The position numbers were made by a program, and so were the translations under genes. From contig JANRKY010000294.1 of assembly GCA_033763135.1 (NCBI GenBank), positions 2,613-66,612 of the forward strand: DNA of 64,000 nt. The letters run 5' to 3'. The notes beneath the pieces are model-generated. The model was not told the origin of the DNA and searched no databases. It saw nothing but the letters and a program-made list of their open reading frames with translations. This DNA comes from Blastocatellia bacterium (lineage in GTDB: Bacteria > Acidobacteriota > Blastocatellia > RBC074). This document shows, piece by piece, positions 62,487-64,000 of the stretch (positions are counted from its first letter, which is position 1; every line of letters starts with the position of its first letter).

Positions 62487-63365
62487 GCGCGGCGGATCGG
62501 TTGTCGTCAAACTTCTCCGGCTTTCCGGCAACACCGACCTCCTCACTGGTGATATTTTCAGTCGCAGCTCACTGTCGTGCCTCCTCCCAGCTTTTACGCG
62601 GGAATTTTCGGCGAACGTCGGGCTTCTTTCACTGATTCGCAGTCAGGGCCGATCAAGGATCCGAGGTGTAGAAACCTCGAAGAAGACGTAAGAAGCAGGA
62701 TAGAGAGTAGAACGTAGAAGGCCTCGCGAATTTCCGCCCACGTTTCGCTGCAGATTCCGATCGATCCACTGAAATATAATCACCATCAGCTTGCCCCCGA
62801 ATTTGTGCCCATTTGCAGGTCTTCACTGATGCGTCCGGCGAGAGAATCGGCGACTCCGATGGCGGGGCATCATATTTTCGCAGGGAGCGCGGTTGCGTTC
62901 CGGGGAGGTCCTTGCGTGGAGAGAGCGGATGCGCGGACTGTCGGGAGGAGTCTTTCAATAGATTAGATCTGTAGGAAGGGCCCATGAAAGGGTGTAAGAT
63001 GCGGGCTCTTCACCCGCCGCCCCAATGCGCAGTCCGAAGGCGATGAATTTCGGGCAATCCCCAGCGTTTGGCGATAAGCATATCGGTCCGGCACATGCCG
63101 CAAGGAAGCGCTTCTCCAGCGCGGATCAGATTTTTGTCAGGCGAGATTCCCCACAACGCGCCATCCAGCATGTTCGTCAGGCTCTGTTTCGAGAAGCGGG
63201 GCCGGCAGGGCATTCGTCTGGTCCGGGAGCGGGCGGGGGGCTGAGAGCGGGAGAGTCCGTTTCATCGGCGATTTCATCGTTCGTATTGTATTGATAATCG
63301 ATTTTGGGAGGGCCGCGAGTTGCGGCAATACCACCGCTCCAAAAAGTAAAGGGGTTTGAATCACA

Positions 63366-64000
63366 ATGGCTGGTCGCGAATATCTTTTCATTGCAACTCT
63401 TCGGGCGTGGGTTCGCGGGGTCCGTCGGGCGGAGCGTTCGACAGCGGTTATTGCGCTCGTCGTTGCGCTGGTTGGCGTCGGCAGTCTCTCTCTGCGGGGG
63501 GTGGATGCGGGGCGCGCGGGCAGGCGGGCGGAGTCGTCGGCGCGGAGGGCGGCAGCGGCGCCGCAGATTGCGGACGCGAATGCGGGCAGAGGAGTCGTTG
63601 TGGGCGAATTCGAGGGGTACTTCGATTCGGCGACCCGCAGGATGACGGTGCAGCCGCGGGCGGCGCGCGAGGGGCGGGGGGCGAGAGGGCTCAACCCGAC
63701 GTCGCGGATCTATCCGGGCGTGGAGATCAATCCCGGAAGCGGCTTTACGTTTTCGGTGGTGGCGAGCAAGTTTCAGGGGACCGGCGATTTTCCGGGCACG
63801 GTTTCGGGAGAGGTTTCGATCGCCAACGCGACGGCCGCGACGCTGTACAACACGCGACTGGTCTTCACGGCGTTCAAGATCGGCGGCCCGGGCGGCGTGG
63901 ACGCGGGCAACGTGCCGGGCGCGAGCGGCTTCGCCTTCTTCAATGACGGGCTGGCGCCGCTCGACGGCAAGCTGCACATCTCCCGCTTCTATGGAGACAT
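63366..64000 (+). CDS. Hypothetical membrane-anchored or secreted protein, N-terminal 211 aa (runs off the window; not in the ORF track)
   Basis: My own translation from ATG 63366 gives MAGREYLFIATLRAWVRGVRRAERSTAVIALVVALVGVGSLSL..VVVGEFEGYFDSATRRMTVQP..GVEINPGSGFTFSVVASKFQGTGDFPGTVSGEVSIANATAATLYNTRLVFTAFKIGGPGGVDAGNVPGASGFAFFNDG... There is no stop to nt 64000. G/C is high at third codon positions. AAAGGGG lies upstream. Confidence 0.6.
   Translation, partial: MAGREYLFIATLRAWVRGVRRAERSTAVIALVVALVGVGSLSLRGVDAGRAGRRAESSARRAAAAPQIADANAGRGVVVGEFEGYFDSATRRMTVQPRAAREGRGARGLNPTSRIYPGVEINPGSGFTFSVVASKFQGTGDFPGTVSGEVSIANATAATLYNTRLVFTAFKIGGPGGVDAGNVPGASGFAFFNDGLAPLDGKLHISRFYGD

Noticed and set aside
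62476-62691. 71-aa plus-strand ORF downstream of the orphan promoter
   Set aside because: Its start codons lie within or before the -10 element, so they would not be in the transcript. There is no RBS, and the composition is Ser/Leu/Arg-rich.
63010-63213. 67-aa minus-strand ORF with a CGMC motif in the non-coding gap
   Set aside because: It has no RBS and no recognisable family, and it overlaps an equally long plus-strand ORF (63025..63294). There is not enough evidence to call a gene.

Overview
High-GC chromosomal window. Two hand-counted samples give 65% G+C at 4261-4320 and 33% at 4441-4500, the second lying inside a low-GC islet. I support about 40 protein-coding genes, 3 short pseudogene remnants, no rRNA, tRNA or CRISPR, and an unusually rich set of structured intergenic repeats. 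The gene content suggests a soil Acidobacteria-like organism, with Planctomycetes/Verrucomicrobia-like as an alternative. This is inference only, based on three CarboxypepD_reg-type TonB-dependent receptors, a DUF1549/DUF1553 + DUF1501 pair, and many Sec/Tat-exported hydrolases.

Gene order:
- Left end: partial TBDR, vapBC-like toxin-antitoxin, hemB, and a low-GC two-gene islet of orphan secreted proteins.
- Then an SSF symporter, an exported PIG-L deacetylase, an exported SAM-methyltransferase fold, an APC permease, and an EF-hand beta-propeller.
- A minus-strand TBDR / sulfatase / sulfatase / sialidase locus.
- Two beta-lactamase-fold hydrolases flanking a Tat-exported phosphotriesterase, with a gene-decay zone in between holding an ECF sigma remnant and an ankyrin remnant.
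- recQ, a ureidoglycolate-lyase-like gene, a lipoprotein plus AtpZ-like pair, a tricorn-like S41 protease, and a giant GH35.
- A 13.5-kb minus-strand locus: TBDR / beta-helix / dihaem-PQQ dehydrogenase / Tat-exported pyruvyl-transferase fold / DUF1549-1553 / DUF1501.
- Right end: DUF2227, htpX, nrdJ, TMEM14-like, Fe/Mn SOD, htrA, a 1.25-kb apparently non-coding gap, and an ORF that runs off the 3' edge and is absent from the ORF track.

Most noteworthy:
1. The TBDR-to-DUF1501 locus, a candidate periplasmic oxidative glycan-processing system.
2. A set of intergenic hairpins whose arms are tandem arrays of 7-10-nt words, similar in style to cyanobacterial STRR repeats. One is a 12+12 heptamer palindrome in a divergent promoter region.
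3. Two copies of a roughly 270-bp nested-palindrome MITE-like element with compensatory stem changes.
4. The low-GC orphan islet.
5. The non-coding gap with divergent consensus-like promoters.

Many long antisense ORFs in the track are rejected as high-GC shadow ORFs.
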